DNA of 64,000 nt, from the NCBI GenBank assembly GCA_963770835.1, contig CAVYRH010000026.1, positions 768,001 to 832,000 of the forward strand, given 5' to 3'. Source of the DNA: an uncultured Pseudomonadota bacterium (lineage in GTDB: Bacteria > Oederibacteriota > Muellerivitia > Muellerivitales > Muellerivitaceae). This document shows positions 28,979 to 40,070 of the stretch, piece after piece; position 1 is the first letter of the stretch; each line of letters opens with the position of its first letter. Made by a program: the position numbers and the translations under genes. Below the pieces are notes generated by a model that was not told where the DNA came from, did not search any database, and worked only from the letters and a program-made list of their open reading frames with translations.

Positions 28979-30799
28979 ATGGGTGGATGGAAAAGCTGGG
29001 TTTTCCTATTGGGGGCTCTCCTCGCCCCGCGGGCGTGGGCCGACGCCATCGAGGTGGATGCCAGCCGCACGGACCAGGTGATCCGCGGCTTCGGGGCCTG
29101 CAGCGCCTGGTCCGGCTCCAAGATCAACGACAACCTGGCCCAATTGTTCTTCGACCCCCAAGACGGCATCGGGCTTTCCATGCTGCGCACCCGCATCCCC
29201 CCGGATTCCAAATGGGATTCCGAAACGCCCGCCATGTTGGCGGCCAAGAACTGGGGCGTGACCCAGATCTGGAGCACCGAATGGACGCCGCCCGCGGGCT
29301 ATAAGACCAACCATAACCCCAACAACGGGGGCTCGCTGGACCCTTCCCATTACAAGGATTACGCCGACTACCTGGTGCGTTACGTGCAGGATGTGAAGGC
29401 TTCCACCAAGATCGACCTCTACGCCCTTTCGCCCGCCAACGAACCGGATTTTTCCCCCAGCTACGAGTCCTGCTTGTGGACCGGGGACCAGTTCAAGACC
29501 TTTGTCCGGGATTACCTGGGACCGGCCTTCAAGGCCGCCGGCCTGACTACGCGCATCGTGACACCCGAATCTTACAAGAGCGACCTGGCCTTGTCGGACC
29601 CCACCCTCTCCGACCCTGCCGCCGCGGCCTACGTGGACATCATCGGGGAACACCTTTACGGGGGCGGTCCCATGCCCTATCCCCTGGCGCAGGACCTGAA
29701 AAAGGAATACTGGGAAACCGAGATTTCGGACTTTAAAACCTTCGACGGGGGCATGGCCAGCGGCTTGAAGTACGCCATCCAAATCCACCGCTGCCTGGTG
29801 GACGCGGGCATGAACGCTTACCATTATTGGTGGCTTGTGCCGGTGGGAAACAGCAACAGCAATGAAGGACTGGTGGACCAGGTGGGGGGAGCCACCAAGC
29901 GGCTCTATTGCCTGGGCAATTTCAGCAAGTTCATCCGCCCCGGCTTTTACCGCATCGAAACCACGCCTGAAACAGACGAAGGTGTCTGGGCCTCAGCCTA
30001 TAAGGACACGGCCTCGGGCCATTTCGTGGTCGTTGCCATCAACACCGCAAGCCGGCCGGTCTCCCAGGTTTTCCAATTGCGGGGGTTGACCGCCTCTTCC
30101 GTCACGCCCTGGGTCACCGACAACCTGCGCAACCTGGAAAAACAGGCCGGCGTTGAAGTGGCGGACGGGAAGTTTTCTTATTCGCTGCCGGTTTCCAGCG
30201 TGGTGAGTTTCACGGGGGAGGCTGCGGCCTTTGGCCCCACGGCCACGCCGACGCCCACCGAAGACCCGTCGAAAGCCGCCGCGGCCGTCACCGCTTCCTG
30301 CCTGGTGGACGACCTGGAAGGCGGCAAAACAAACCGGTGGGGCGGCCACTGGGAAACCTATTCCGGGGCCAACAGCACGGTGGAGCTTGAGGTGCAAGAG
30401 GGAGGGGCGCCCGCCTCGCCGGGCCACTGCGTTTCGGCCAAGGGGGACATTTCGGATTACGGCGGCATCACCTGCACCCTGGACTCCCGCCATTCGGTGG
30501 TGGATCTTTCCCGCTACAAGGGGGTTTGCTTTTGGGCCAAGGGCAACGGCAAGACCTACTGGTTCCAGGCCGCCATTCCCACCATCGCGGACGGGGACAA
30601 CTATGGAAAAACCTTCCTGGCGCCCTCGAATTGGGCGCCGGTCACCATCTTGTTCAACCAGATGGCCCAACGGAACTTCGGGGCCTTCAAGCCTTTCACC
30701 CCCCAGCAGGTCCTGTCGCTGCAATGGTCCAATGGACAATCGGGCCGGCTGGAGCTCAAGGTGGATGACGTGCGCCTGGTGGGGGCGGACTGCCCTTAA
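28979..30799 (+). CDS. Secreted GH30 glycoside hydrolase (xylanase-like) with C-terminal CBM11-like module
   Basis: Signal peptide; QVIRGFG, WTPPA, ANEPD (acid/base), WETE (nucleophile), AYHYWW, FSKFIRPG; PT linker; then LVDDLE...GVCFWAKG. Confidence 0.85.
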   Translation: MGGWKSWVFLLGALLAPRAWADAIEVDASRTDQVIRGFGACSAWSGSKINDNLAQLFFDPQDGIGLSMLRTRIPPDSKWDSETPAMLAAKNWGVTQIWSTEWTPPAGYKTNHNPNNGGSLDPSHYKDYADYLVRYVQDVKASTKIDLYALSPANEPDFSPSYESCLWTGDQFKTFVRDYLGPAFKAAGLTTRIVTPESYKSDLALSDPTLSDPAAAAYVDIIGEHLYGGGPMPYPLAQDLKKEYWETEISDFKTFDGGMASGLKYAIQIHRCLVDAGMNAYHYWWLVPVGNSNSNEGLVDQVGGATKRLYCLGNFSKFIRPGFYRIETTPETDEGVWASAYKDTASGHFVVVAINTASRPVSQVFQLRGLTASSVTPWVTDNLRNLEKQAGVEVADGKFSYSLPVSSVVSFTGEAAAFGPTATPTPTEDPSKAAAAVTASCLVDDLEGGKTNRWGGHWETYSGANSTVELEVQEGGAPASPGHCVSAKGDISDYGGITCTLDSRHSVVDLSRYKGVCFWAKGNGKTYWFQAAIPTIADGDNYGKTFLAPSNWAPVTILFNQMAQRNFGAFKPFTPQQVLSLQWSNGQSGRLELKVDDVRLVGADCP

Positions 30800-30830
30800 G
30801 TCCCCCGGCCGGGAAGCCGGAGGCACCCTG

Positions 30831-33800
30831 TTAGTGTTTCACCGTTAGCTTTAGGATTTGCCGGCCCATGTTATTCCCGTTCGTGTCCTTCGCCTCCACC
30901 ACCGCCAGGTAAAGGCCGCTGGCACGGGTTGAAGTATCCCAGGTTGCGTAATCCGTTCCGGGCGTATGTTGGGCCTTGCCGACCAGTTCCCCCGCCACAT
31001 CGTAAACCTTGACGCTTAAGGTCCAACCCGCCGGGGCCTGGAAGGTGGCTATGGGGTCCTGGGAAGTCAGCTGGTTGGGCGCCACGAAGACGGAGTTTGT
31101 CTGCGTCCGGCCCAGGACCGTGATGGTTTCCACGATCACGGTTTGCGATCCACCCCCGTTGGTCGACCGGAATTCCATGTAATAAGTCCCGTTGGAGACC
31201 ACGCTTCCGTTGTTGGAACGGCCGTCCCACTGGCAGAGGGTGACTCCCTGGCCGTTGGTCACCACGACCGTACTGGGAAGGGAGCCTGGGGCATTGGGCG
31301 TGATCACGTTGCTGGACAAGGATACGCTATTGATGGTGCTGTTGTTGGGATCGTCGTAATAGGCGTAAAGCTGCCGTATCACTTCCCCCGCCTCGTTATA
31401 AATGCTCACGGTCACCCGGGCGATGGACCGGCTAACGGTGGTTTCCTGGGTGATGCTGCTGACCACCCCGTTGCCGTCGACGTTGTCCACTTTGATGTAG
31501 TAGGTGCCATTGGAAACGGGCGTCCCCTGGCTGTTGGTGCCGTCCCAGACTCCTATGGGAACGTTTCCGTAGTAAACCGTGACCGCGTTATTGGGCCCGT
31601 CCAGGCTCGTGATGGAGTTGCTTCCTTCCAGGGTGATGCTGTTGACCGGTTGGGAGAACTGGGTGATGTTGATGACCTTAATGAGCTCACCCGCCTCGTT
31701 GTAAACCCCCACTTTCACCGTGTAATTGCCCGCCACCGTGACGTCGGCCACGGCCGTCACCGGCCCCCCGCCCGTATAAGTCACCCAAGCCTTGTTCTCC
31801 AACAGGGTTCCGGCCGTGAGAAAGCCGTTCACTTGGGCCTGGTAGTAAAGGTTATAGGTTCCGACGCCCAGGGACGGGAAGCTCCAGGTCAAGAGGGATC
31901 CGGTTTGGGCGGTAGCCGCCCCGGCGGGCGCCGACCCGAACCCCGCGAAGGTCATATTGGCCGGCAAGGTGTCGCCCACCACCACGTTCGAGGCCTGGCT
32001 TCCGGTGACGGTCAAGGGGATGTCATAAGTGAGGGTGTCGCCGGAGGAGGCGGTGGTTTTCGAAACCGTTTTGCCGATCAAAATCCCCGGTGTGGGCGTG
32101 GGGGTCATCGTGGGCGTTTGGGTGGCCGTGGAGGTGGAGGTAGCCGTAGGCGTCAGCGTGGGTGTGTTGGTGGCGGTGTTGGTGGCCGTCTTAGTGGCGG
32201 TATTGGTGGGTGTGGAAGTGGGCGTATTGGTGGGTGTGGCCGTAAACGTGAAGGTCGCGGTCGGCGTTGAAGTGGGGGTGAAGGTATCGGTGACGGTGGG
32301 GGTGTTGGTGGGGGTATTGGTGGGTGTGTTGGTGGGCGTCGGTGTGGCCGAAACAGTATTGGTGGGCGTATAAGTTGGCGTGTCAGTAAAGGTGGGTGTG
32401 GGGGTATCCGTCGGCGTAGACGTGTCGGTGACGGTGGGGGTGTTGGTCGGAGTGAACGTCGACGTGTTGGTGTAAGTATTAGTTGGCGTTATGGTGTCCG
32501 TCGGTGTGTCCGTGGGCGTGTTAGTGAAGGTCAGCGTGGGAGTATTGGTCGGCGTGAAAGTATCGGTCACGGTGGGGGTATTGGTCGGGGTGTAAGTGGG
32601 AGTAATGGTGGGGGTGTTGGTGGGAGTGGACGTGGGTGTGTTCGTGGCCGAATTGGTGGGGGTATTCGTGGGGGTGAAAGTAAATTGGGGGGTGTTGGTA
32701 GGAGTTGGGGTCGCGGTGTTCGTTGGCGTAGAAGTAGGCGTCATGGTGGGAGTATTGGTCGGGGTATTGGTGGTGGTATTCGTCGGAGTAATTGTAGGTG
32801 TGTTGGTGGGCGTATTGGTGGGTGTCAAGGTGGGAGTGTTGCTGGGTGTAAAGGTGGAGGTTAGGGTAGGAGTATTTGTGGGGGTGAAAGTAGGCGTGAG
32901 GGTTGGAGTCAGGGTGGGTGTATTGGTAGGTGTGGGGGTAAAGGTGCAAGTGGCCACGGCCAGGGTGACGACATTGGAATACACCGCGCTGACACCCGAA
33001 GCTTGGAGGGCCGCGATGTTGGTAATGGAACCCGAGGAATTGCAGCTAACCGAACCCCACCAGGTGATGGAACCATTGGGGCCGTTGAGGATGGTGCCCG
33101 GCATGGTCCAGCTCAAGGGCGGGCCTTGGGAGAAAACCACCGAGGGCGCCCCGGAATTGGAGGAATTGTTCCCCACGTAAGCCACCCCCGTGGGGACCGT
33201 ATCCAGGACGGTGGGGTTGATGGCGGGATCAGGGGCGAAAAGCTTCAGGTCGGAGTAATAGTCAATGTTGGCCGACCCATCCGCCTGCCATCCGATCTGG
33301 TACTGCCCCCCGTTGCGGGGGGTGCAAGGTAGGGGGCTGGTGTCGTTGTAGCAAAAGGCCCAAGTGCCGGGTTCGGGGGAGTTCAGGAGCCACACCTTGC
33401 CGCAAATGGTGAGGATGCCGCCCGCATAGCTGACCTGGGCCTTGAGGGTGTACCAAGGGCCAGCCATGATAGTGGTCCCGATCGCCGGGCTCAACAGGGT
33501 GACCGGATTGGTGACGGTGCCGGCGGAGGAGTCGTTTTTCTGCAGAAATAAGTTGCCGGGGTAGTTGTCCAGCGAGATTCCGATCATGTAAGCATCACCG
33601 ACCCCCGGGGCCGAGGTGTTGTCCGCGATGACCAGGTGGGCGTCAGCCCCCGCGGGATCGTTTGCCGGTATAGAAACATTTCCCTCGACGGTGTAGGAAC
33701 TGCAAAGACTCACGGGTGGACTGTTCCGCAGAAGGGAGGTGAAATTGGTGCAAGTCACCGACTGGGCCAGGGCGGGGCAGGCGTCGGTTACGATGTAATG

Positions 33801-35111
33801 ATTATTTTGCGAGTCCGTGGCGACCCCAAAAGTGGCGGAGGCGTTGCCCATCGTGTAGCCCGTGCCGTCAAAACCGGTAATATTGTTATTGGAAGTGCCA
33901 ACCGTGTCGTTGTCGTAGGAGTCGAAGAATTGTAGGCTTTGGCCGCTGTGGGTGTAGGAAAGGGTATAAGTGACGTTCTGCCCTGGAAGGATGAAGGCGG
34001 GAACCTCGCTCTTCATGATTTGGAACCCGGGCCCGACGGTGACTGAGGCCGCGTTAGTGGAGGCGGGCGCCACCTGGGTGGAAGAGGTTATGGCGGTGTT
34101 GGAAATGACCGTGCCCGAGACGGGCGCGGAGGCGCCCGAGTTGACCCGGACCAGCATCCAGGCCTCACCCGCCATTTGGGTGGTGGCCGCGCCCAGGGAC
34201 CAAGTGACTCCGCTGCCAGCGGCCGCGCCGGGGCCGGCCCCGGTTTCGGTTCCGGGGGGGCCTGTCAAGACCAGGGTGGTATTGGCCGGAACGGTGTCGG
34301 TGATGGTGAAAGTATCGGTGTTCACGAAACTGTAGTCGATCCGGAAGAGGACCAGGTCACCCGGGTTCACCGTGGTTCCGCTCATCTCAGCACTTTTAAC
34401 GGCCGTGATGCCGGGGGGTGGCAGGGGGATGGTGATCGGCGCCGAGGCCTGGTTGCTTTCGGAAGGGCCGCATGTCAGGCTCCCGTAACCGCCTGCCGCC
34501 ACGATTACGTTGTAGACTCCGCCGACGGTGGCGTTCGCGGGAATGGTCAAAACCCAGGTCACCGAATGGTTGGTGCAAGACGAACCCGGATTGTCCAGAC
34601 CGTCATACAAACCCATGTCATTGTTGCTGGTGCAACCCACGGAGCAGGGGTTCACTTCATTCCGGTTGGTTCCGTTTTTATCCACCAGGAAAATTTGTCC
34701 ACTCGTACCGCAAGGCTGAAGGGTAGTGGCATTGCTGTTGATGGCCACGGTGAATTCTGTGCCGGCGGTGCCGGGGTTGGGGCCGTTTCCATTGACAGTG
34801 CTGCAATAATTGACCACTACTGTGATGGAAGAGCCGGGAGAAGGATTAGGGGGGGAGATGGAAACGCAAAGATTGGGGACGTCGCTGGGGTTGGTGACGC
34901 AAGCCGACTGGGCGAAGAGGGGAACCGGGCTGAGGGACAGCCAGAGAAAAATCAACCGGGTGGGGCTCCAACCGGCCAGGGGAACCCCGCCGGTTCTTGA
35001 GCTCAAAAGCGAGCAGGGGCCGGGGCTGGCATTCCCTCTTAAGTTCTTATCCCAGAAGCGAAGTAAGGCCTTCGCTTTTGGAAAAGGTGAGTTGACAGAC
35101 TTCTTTTCCAA
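30831..35111 (-). CDS. Large secreted surface protein: DUF11-like Ig repeats, ~285-aa Thr/Pro stalk, C-terminal FlgD-Ig/CTD-like repeats
   Basis: Signal-like [32 protein letters not shown] and DTLPAN; YNEAGE/WDG...NGTYY repeats; terminal VYDVAGELV...SGLYL...KLTVKH. Confidence 0.85.
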   Translation of the reverse strand: MEKKSVNSPFPKAKALLRFWDKNLRGNASPGPCSLLSSRTGGVPLAGWSPTRLIFLWLSLSPVPLFAQSACVTNPSDVPNLCVSISPPNPSPGSSITVVVNYCSTVNGNGPNPGTAGTEFTVAINSNATTLQPCGTSGQIFLVDKNGTNRNEVNPCSVGCTSNNDMGLYDGLDNPGSSCTNHSVTWVLTIPANATVGGVYNVIVAAGGYGSLTCGPSESNQASAPITIPLPPPGITAVKSAEMSGTTVNPGDLVLFRIDYSFVNTDTFTITDTVPANTTLVLTGPPGTETGAGPGAAAGSGVTWSLGAATTQMAGEAWMLVRVNSGASAPVSGTVISNTAITSSTQVAPASTNAASVTVGPGFQIMKSEVPAFILPGQNVTYTLSYTHSGQSLQFFDSYDNDTVGTSNNNITGFDGTGYTMGNASATFGVATDSQNNHYIVTDACPALAQSVTCTNFTSLLRNSPPVSLCSSYTVEGNVSIPANDPAGADAHLVIADNTSAPGVGDAYMIGISLDNYPGNLFLQKNDSSAGTVTNPVTLLSPAIGTTIMAGPWYTLKAQVSYAGGILTICGKVWLLNSPEPGTWAFCYNDTSPLPCTPRNGGQYQIGWQADGSANIDYYSDLKLFAPDPAINPTVLDTVPTGVAYVGNNSSNSGAPSVVFSQGPPLSWTMPGTILNGPNGSITWWGSVSCNSSGSITNIAALQASGVSAVYSNVVTLAVATCTFTPTPTNTPTLTPTLTPTFTPTNTPTLTSTFTPSNTPTLTPTNTPTNTPTITPTNTTTNTPTNTPTMTPTSTPTNTATPTPTNTPQFTFTPTNTPTNSATNTPTSTPTNTPTITPTYTPTNTPTVTDTFTPTNTPTLTFTNTPTDTPTDTITPTNTYTNTSTFTPTNTPTVTDTSTPTDTPTPTFTDTPTYTPTNTVSATPTPTNTPTNTPTNTPTVTDTFTPTSTPTATFTFTATPTNTPTSTPTNTATKTATNTATNTPTLTPTATSTSTATQTPTMTPTPTPGILIGKTVSKTTASSGDTLTYDIPLTVTGSQASNVVVGDTLPANMTFAGFGSAPAGAATAQTGSLLTWSFPSLGVGTYNLYYQAQVNGFLTAGTLLENKAWVTYTGGGPVTAVADVTVAGNYTVKVGVYNEAGELIKVINITQFSQPVNSITLEGSNSITSLDGPNNAVTVYYGNVPIGVWDGTNSQGTPVSNGTYYIKVDNVDGNGVVSSITQETTVSRSIARVTVSIYNEAGEVIRQLYAYYDDPNNSTINSVSLSSNVITPNAPGSLPSTVVVTNGQGVTLCQWDGRSNNGSVVSNGTYYMEFRSTNGGGSQTVIVETITVLGRTQTNSVFVAPNQLTSQDPIATFQAPAGWTLSVKVYDVAGELVGKAQHTPGTDYATWDTSTRASGLYLAVVEAKDTNGNNMGRQILKLTVKH
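32088..32945 (-). repeat. Coding low-complexity TPT(N/F/L/D) repeat tract
   Basis: Degenerate ACN-CCN-ACN units on the minus strand with varied synonymous codons. Confidence 0.9.
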
Positions 35112-35568
35112 GAGATGTTCCTCGCCCGGGGGGCACCCCGGCCTTCGGGTGAAAGTTGAATAGGCTTTATTTCAAAGGAAAACCCCTAAAACAATATGAG
35201 TCAAAGTTTAAAGCGGTTTAAGTATAAATTTACCGCTGTAATATCCTTATCTCAACGGAAAATCTAAGAAAGCTTGCCCGCCGTTTTACAATTTGGGTTG
35301 AACTTTAAAGTTTAACGGGCTTTAACGTTGAACGGAAATTTCAAACCTTGGGGGTTTGAACACTCCTTCTTCAGCCAGGTATATCATTTTTACTTTTTCG
35401 GCCTATAACATCCCTCCCCCGGTTGAGACTTATGGAGAAGAATCCCCCCTGTACCCTCAAGATCAAGACCAAAGGGCAAGGGCGAAATAGGTCCATTTTT
35501 AAAACGGGGGTATTACTGTATCTATTATGAGGGGATATTAAATTTTTAACTTTCTTTTGGAGAAGACT

Positions 35569-35790
35569 ATGGAAAGAATTAAAAATGTCCCATCAGCTTT
35601 CTCCCTAGTTTATTCCACGGCTCCGGTTTCTTCAGAGGCAACCGAAAGGGGTTTGGGACCGCATCCGTTAACCGGTTTGACGGAGAAAAAGGCTTGGGAG
35701 GAAATCATGAAAAAGAGGTTTGAAACATTTGAGGAGTTCGGCGGGGGGATTTATCGGAGGCTTGTGGTTTTTTGCAAAGATGCCCAATGA
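35569..35790 (+). CDS. Small hypothetical protein
   Basis: GGAGA RBS; stop overlaps the next start (ATGA). Confidence 0.4.
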   Translation: MERIKNVPSAFSLVYSTAPVSSEATERGLGPHPLTGLTEKKAWEEIMKKRFETFEEFGGGIYRRLVVFCKDAQ

Positions 35791-36440
35791 AAACTAGCTT
35801 GGTTTTTATACCCGGATTGGGAGCCGACAGGCGCCTTTTTCTCCATCAACAAAAGGCTTTTAAAAACTCCATGGCTCCACCCTGGCTTGCCCCACGAAAA
35901 GATGAATCCTTGGCCCGCTACGCCCAGCGTTGGGCCCGGCAATTAAAACTAAAGCCAGGCTGTGTCTTGGCGGGTGTTTCTTTCGGAGGCATGGTGGTCC
36001 TGGAGATGGCCCAGTGGGTTAGCCCCAAGGCCGTCTTATTAATCGGCAGTTGCCGCTCACCGGCTTCCATCCCTTTCCATTTGAAATGGGCCGGGAGTCT
36101 TCCTGCTTGGCCCTGTTTTTCCAAGCGGCCTTGCCGTGTTTTTCCCATTACCGGTGGTTATTTTTTGGGGGCTAAAACCTCGAGCCAGCGTGGTCTTCTT
36201 ATTCAAATGTTCCTGGAAACTCCCAGTAATTTCGCGAAATGGACCGTGGAGGCCATTTTTGGTTGGGAGGGTTGCGTGCCGACTGGAACAAGGGTTTACC
36301 ACATTCACGGGGAAAAGGACCATTTGATACCGCTGAAGGGAGTCAAACCCGACCGGGTTGTCCGGGGCGGCGGCCATCTGATCAATTTGACCCATCCCGG
36401 AGAAGTGAATAAATTCATCCAAGAATGTCTTCGGAAGTAA
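35787..36440 (+). CDS. Alpha/beta hydrolase
   Basis: FIPGLGAD, GVSFGG nucleophile elbow, HIHGEKD, GGGH. Confidence 0.88.
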   Translation: MKTSLVFIPGLGADRRLFLHQQKAFKNSMAPPWLAPRKDESLARYAQRWARQLKLKPGCVLAGVSFGGMVVLEMAQWVSPKAVLLIGSCRSPASIPFHLKWAGSLPAWPCFSKRPCRVFPITGGYFLGAKTSSQRGLLIQMFLETPSNFAKWTVEAIFGWEGCVPTGTRVYHIHGEKDHLIPLKGVKPDRVVRGGGHLINLTHPGEVNKFIQECLRK

Positions 36441-36454
36441 AAGCGCCCGAAACG

Positions 36455-36489
36455 AAAAAAGGCCGCCCCTTTTAGGGAGCGGCCTTTTT
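36455..36489. terminator. Bidirectional rho-independent terminator
   Basis: AAAAAAGGCCGCCCCT-TTT-AGGGAGCGGCCTTTTT between convergent genes. Confidence 0.8.
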
Positions 36490-36501
36490 GTTGCGGCTGT
36501 C

Positions 36502-36819
36502 TTAGTTGACCAGCTTGTTCACGTCCGGGCGCTTCGGAGGGTCGTTGGCCGGGCGGGTGGCCACCGGGGGGTTATTCTTGAAAGACGGGGCCAATTCGGC
36601 GTTGATCTTGGCGTATTCGGGGTCCTTGCCTGCATCTTCCACGATGGCGCCGATCGGGCAGGCGGAATAACAGCTGGTGCACTCCGTGCATTCCTCGGGA
36701 TCGATGATCATAAAAGCTTGATTCTTGTATTGCCCGGGGTGAATGCAATTCACGGGGCACACATCCACGCATTGGGCGTAAACCTCACCCAGGCACTTCT
36801 CGGTAATGACATACGGCAT
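36502..36819 (-). CDS. Ferredoxin (7Fe/dicluster type)
   Basis: MPYVITEKC...CVDVCPVNCI...IDPEECTECTSCYSACPIGAI. Confidence 0.92.
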   Translation of the reverse strand: MPYVITEKCLGEVYAQCVDVCPVNCIHPGQYKNQAFMIIDPEECTECTSCYSACPIGAIVEDAGKDPEYAKINAELAPSFKNNPPVATRPANDPPKRPDVNKLVN

Positions 36820-37130
36820 GACACGCCTCCTTGGAAATTCACTCTCCCGCTTTACGGGAGGGGTTTGAAGCCTCTTCGACCACCAAAGCCCGCATAGTTT
36901 AGAAGAGCGGGCCTTTCTTTCGCAAGGCCAATTTTGAATTTTTTCCCGTTAAAAGGCCTCTTTACGTCGCCCGAAGGGAATGATAGTTTGAGGGAGCTTC
37001 GTGGGCCGGTTGAAACTTTCCGGCTTTCAGAAACCGCGCCCACCCCGGTTCAACATTATTGAAAGCTCGCTTTCTTCTTCTTAAATTTTTCTCAACAAAA
37101 CAGAAAAGCGAGCAAAGCACGAAGGAAAAT

Positions 37131-38291
37131 ATGGCCGCCAAAAGAGATTATTACGAAGTCCTAGGCGTTCCGCGGGGATCCTCGGCGGAAGACATCAAGA
37201 AGGCCTTCCGGACCCTGGCCAAAAAATACCATCCGGACGCGAGCCCCAATAATAAGGAAGCCGAGGAGAAGTTTAAGGAAATCAACGAAGCCTATGAGGT
37301 TTTGTCCGATTCCCAGAAAAAAGCCGCCTATGACCAATTTGGCCACTCGGGGGTGGGCACGGGTGGGCCCGGGGGTTTCGGGGGCGGGGGATTCAGGCCC
37401 CAGGATTTCGGGAACTCGGCCGATTTTGAGGATATTTTCGGAGATGTTTTCAGCAATTTCTTCGGCGGAGGCCCGGCTGGCCGCGGAGGCCGGCCCCGCA
37501 ACCAGGCCCAGGAAGGCGACGACCTTCGGTACGATTTGAACCTGACCTTTGAGGAAGCGGCCTTCGGGACGTCCAAGGACATCAAAGTCCATAAGCTGGC
37601 GACCTGTGAGTCCTGCCATGGATCGGGTGCCAAGCCCGGGTCGGGGAGGGTGGTGTGTCCCACCTGCAAGGGAACAGGCCAGATCCGCTCCACCCAGGGT
37701 TTTTTCACCATCGCCCGCACCTGCACCCGTTGCGGCGGACAAGGCGAGATGCCGGGCAGCCCCTGCCCGGCCTGTAAGGGCCATGGAAGGGTGGAAAAAG
37801 AAAGGACCATCAACGTCAAGGTGCCGGCAGGGGTGGATGAGGGTTCGCGCCTGCGCTTAAGGGGCGAAGGGGAAGCGGGGTTGAACGGCGGCCCCGCAGG
37901 CGACCTTTACGTTTTTCTCCACGTGGAAGCCCACGATTTTTTCGAGCGGGACGGCAGCGACCTGCACTGTGAAATTCCCATTTCCTTCCCCCAGGCCGCC
38001 ATGGGGTTTGAATTGGAAGCGCCCACACTGGAAGGCTCCGTCAAAATGAAAATCCCGGCGGGGACCCAATCTGGAAAAGTCTTCCGGCTCAGGGAGAAGG
38101 GATTGAAGAATCCACAGCAGGAAGGTATAGGTGACCTGCTGGTCACGGTTACGGTGGAGACGCCCACGGATTTGAATTCCAAACAAAAGAAATTGTTGGA
38201 GGAGTTCGCTGCCCTTTCGGAGGAAAACAATACTCCCCAAATTACCAAGTTCATGAACAAGATGAAAAACTTCTTCGTTCGGAAGAAATGA
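37131..38291 (+). CDS. dnaJ: Chaperone DnaJ
   Basis: [14 protein letters not shown]-rich region, four CxxCxGxG repeats; ATG at 37131 after AAGGA. Confidence 0.97.
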   Translation: MAAKRDYYEVLGVPRGSSAEDIKKAFRTLAKKYHPDASPNNKEAEEKFKEINEAYEVLSDSQKKAAYDQFGHSGVGTGGPGGFGGGGFRPQDFGNSADFEDIFGDVFSNFFGGGPAGRGGRPRNQAQEGDDLRYDLNLTFEEAAFGTSKDIKVHKLATCESCHGSGAKPGSGRVVCPTCKGTGQIRSTQGFFTIARTCTRCGGQGEMPGSPCPACKGHGRVEKERTINVKVPAGVDEGSRLRLRGEGEAGLNGGPAGDLYVFLHVEAHDFFERDGSDLHCEIPISFPQAAMGFELEAPTLEGSVKMKIPAGTQSGKVFRLREKGLKNPQQEGIGDLLVTVTVETPTDLNSKQKKLLEEFAALSEENNTPQITKFMNKMKNFFVRKK

Positions 38292-38325
38292 CCCCCAGGG
38301 AATTCGCATTACACCCAAGCGCTTC

Positions 38326-39090
38326 GTGATGAGTTTTATTCCAAGGCTGTACCTGCCTCCGGTTCCCAAGGATCAAACCGAATTGATAATGGACGAATCT
38401 GCCACGCGGTACCTTGTTAAAGTTCTCCGAATGGCGGAGGGGGCCCGCTTTTGGGGGTTTGACGCCCAGGGGCACCAATACGAATTGGCCCTGAAAAAGG
38501 TGGAGCTTCCACAAGCCCTCGCCACTGTCTTGTCTCGCCGGGACCCGCCATCGGGTTCGCAAAGCCTGTCGCTGACACTGGGGCAAGGTCTTCCGAAATC
38601 CTCCAAGATGGATTTGATCCTGCGGCAGGGAACGGAAGCCGGAATCCATCGTTTTGTTCCATTGGTCACTCAACGAAGCATCTCGAGACCCGATGCTTCC
38701 CAATATGATCATAAAAATGATAGATGGCAGAAGATCCTCGTGGAAGCTTGCCGACAATGCGGCCGCAATGACGTGCCCCAGTTGGAACCCGTCACTGCTT
38801 GGAAGGATTTATTAAAGACTTTTGGTGAATACGATTTGGTGCTTTTGCCTTATGAAAAAGACGCTCCGACCTTAAAATCGGCGTTAGAATCGAAACAGGG
38901 GGCCCGGAAGATCCTCATTTTGGTGGGGCCTGAGGGAGGATGGGCCGGGGAAGAACTCAAGGAAGCGGTGCTTCAAGACGCATTTGCCGTGCACTTGCCG
39001 ACCCCCATTCTCCGGACCGAAACGGCGGGCCTTGCCATCGTTTCAATGATACAATTTTTTTATAGTTCGCCGATGGAAAGCGAAAAATGA
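38326..39090 (+). CDS. rsmE: 16S rRNA m3U1498 methyltransferase
   Basis: KVLRM, EACRQCGR, VGPEGG, ILRTETAG. Confidence 0.93.
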   Translation: MMSFIPRLYLPPVPKDQTELIMDESATRYLVKVLRMAEGARFWGFDAQGHQYELALKKVELPQALATVLSRRDPPSGSQSLSLTLGQGLPKSSKMDLILRQGTEAGIHRFVPLVTQRSISRPDASQYDHKNDRWQKILVEACRQCGRNDVPQLEPVTAWKDLLKTFGEYDLVLLPYEKDAPTLKSALESKQGARKILILVGPEGGWAGEELKEAVLQDAFAVHLPTPILRTETAGLAIVSMIQFFYSSPMESEK

Positions 39091-39962
39091 AATCCGCGCG
39101 AAGCCAAAAACCTGATATGACCGGTTGGACCCAATTGGTTTTCATTCTAGGATACTCCCTGCAACACTCACTTTCGCCTCTCTTGCATAACGCGGTCTTC
39201 CGGGCCCTTCGAATGCCTTGGGTTTACGCGCCCCTGGAAATTCCAAAGAACCTTGTGAAAAACGCCGTTGAAATACTCCGTTCCACCAACGTCCAAGGCG
39301 CTAATGTTACCGTTCCTTATAAAGAAGAAGTACTACCCCATCTCGATCAAGTGGATAAGGACGCCGCCGGACTGGGCTCGGTCAATACCATTTACCGGCG
39401 GGGCGAAAAACTCTTCGGAGCTTCCACCGACGGAGAAGGTTTTTTAAGGTCCCTGGGACCTTGGCGGAAAAAGTTGAAGGGCTCCCAAGGACTGTTGTTG
39501 GGCGCTGGCGGGGCCGCCCGACCTGTAGCCGAAGCCTTGGCCCGGTCGGGAGTTCGGGGCATCTTCGTGGCCAACCGATCCCCGGAACGGGCCCGATACC
39601 TTGTCCGGCTTCTTTCCAAACGACACCCCCGGCTTCAATCAGGCGCCGTTTCGGTGACAGAAAGCGAAAAACTTTTGAACAGGTGCGACTGGGTGGTCCA
39701 ATCCACTTCCCTCGGTTTGAAGGCCGGTGACCCCTCACCCCTCTCCCTTAAAAACGCCCGGGCAGCGACCCTGATGGTGGATCTGATTTATCACCGTGAG
39801 ACGGCTTTCCTCAAGGAAGCCAGACGATTCCGTTTTCCAAGCCTGGACGGAACAGGGATGTTGCTGCACCAAGGCGCATTGTCCTTTGAGTATTGGACGG
39901 GCCGGAAGGCGCCCCTGAACGTAATGCGCTATGTGCTGTCGCGGCGTCCAGCTTCATCCTAA
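39087..39962 (+). CDS. aroE: Shikimate dehydrogenase
   Basis: HSLSPLLHN, GANVTVPYK, SVNTI, TDGEGF, LGAGGAA, GMLLHQG. Confidence 0.93.
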   Translation: MKSARSQKPDMTGWTQLVFILGYSLQHSLSPLLHNAVFRALRMPWVYAPLEIPKNLVKNAVEILRSTNVQGANVTVPYKEEVLPHLDQVDKDAAGLGSVNTIYRRGEKLFGASTDGEGFLRSLGPWRKKLKGSQGLLLGAGGAARPVAEALARSGVRGIFVANRSPERARYLVRLLSKRHPRLQSGAVSVTESEKLLNRCDWVVQSTSLGLKAGDPSPLSLKNARAATLMVDLIYHRETAFLKEARRFRFPSLDGTGMLLHQGALSFEYWTGRKAPLNVMRYVLSRRPASS

Positions 39963-39989
39963 CCCTTGGGTGAGGCGCCCCGACAATCG

Positions 39990-40018
39990 TTGACTTCATT
40001 TTTCTTCGATTCTATACT
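39990..40018 (+). promoter_or_regulatory. Putative sigma70 promoter of pilB-pilT-pilC
   Basis: TTGACT-N17-TATACT. Confidence 0.7.
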
Positions 40019-40070
40019 TCTTTTAAGATGTTGATGATCCAACGGTATTCAATCCAGCCGAGGTGTTTCA

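Noticed and set aside
32029..33180. Val/Gly-repeat ORFs on the + strand and apparent array periodicity
   Set aside because: Reverse complement of the Thr/Pro tract. Units are degenerate codons without unique spacers, so this is not CRISPR.
35112..35556. Short palindromes (AACTTTAAAGTT, TTCAAACC...GGTTTGAA) in the divergent intergenic region
   Set aside because: Possible operators, but expected by chance in AT-rich DNA, and no regulator gene is nearby.
36820..37130. CIRCE element before dnaJ
   Set aside because: No TTAGCACTC-N9-GAGTGCTAA match.
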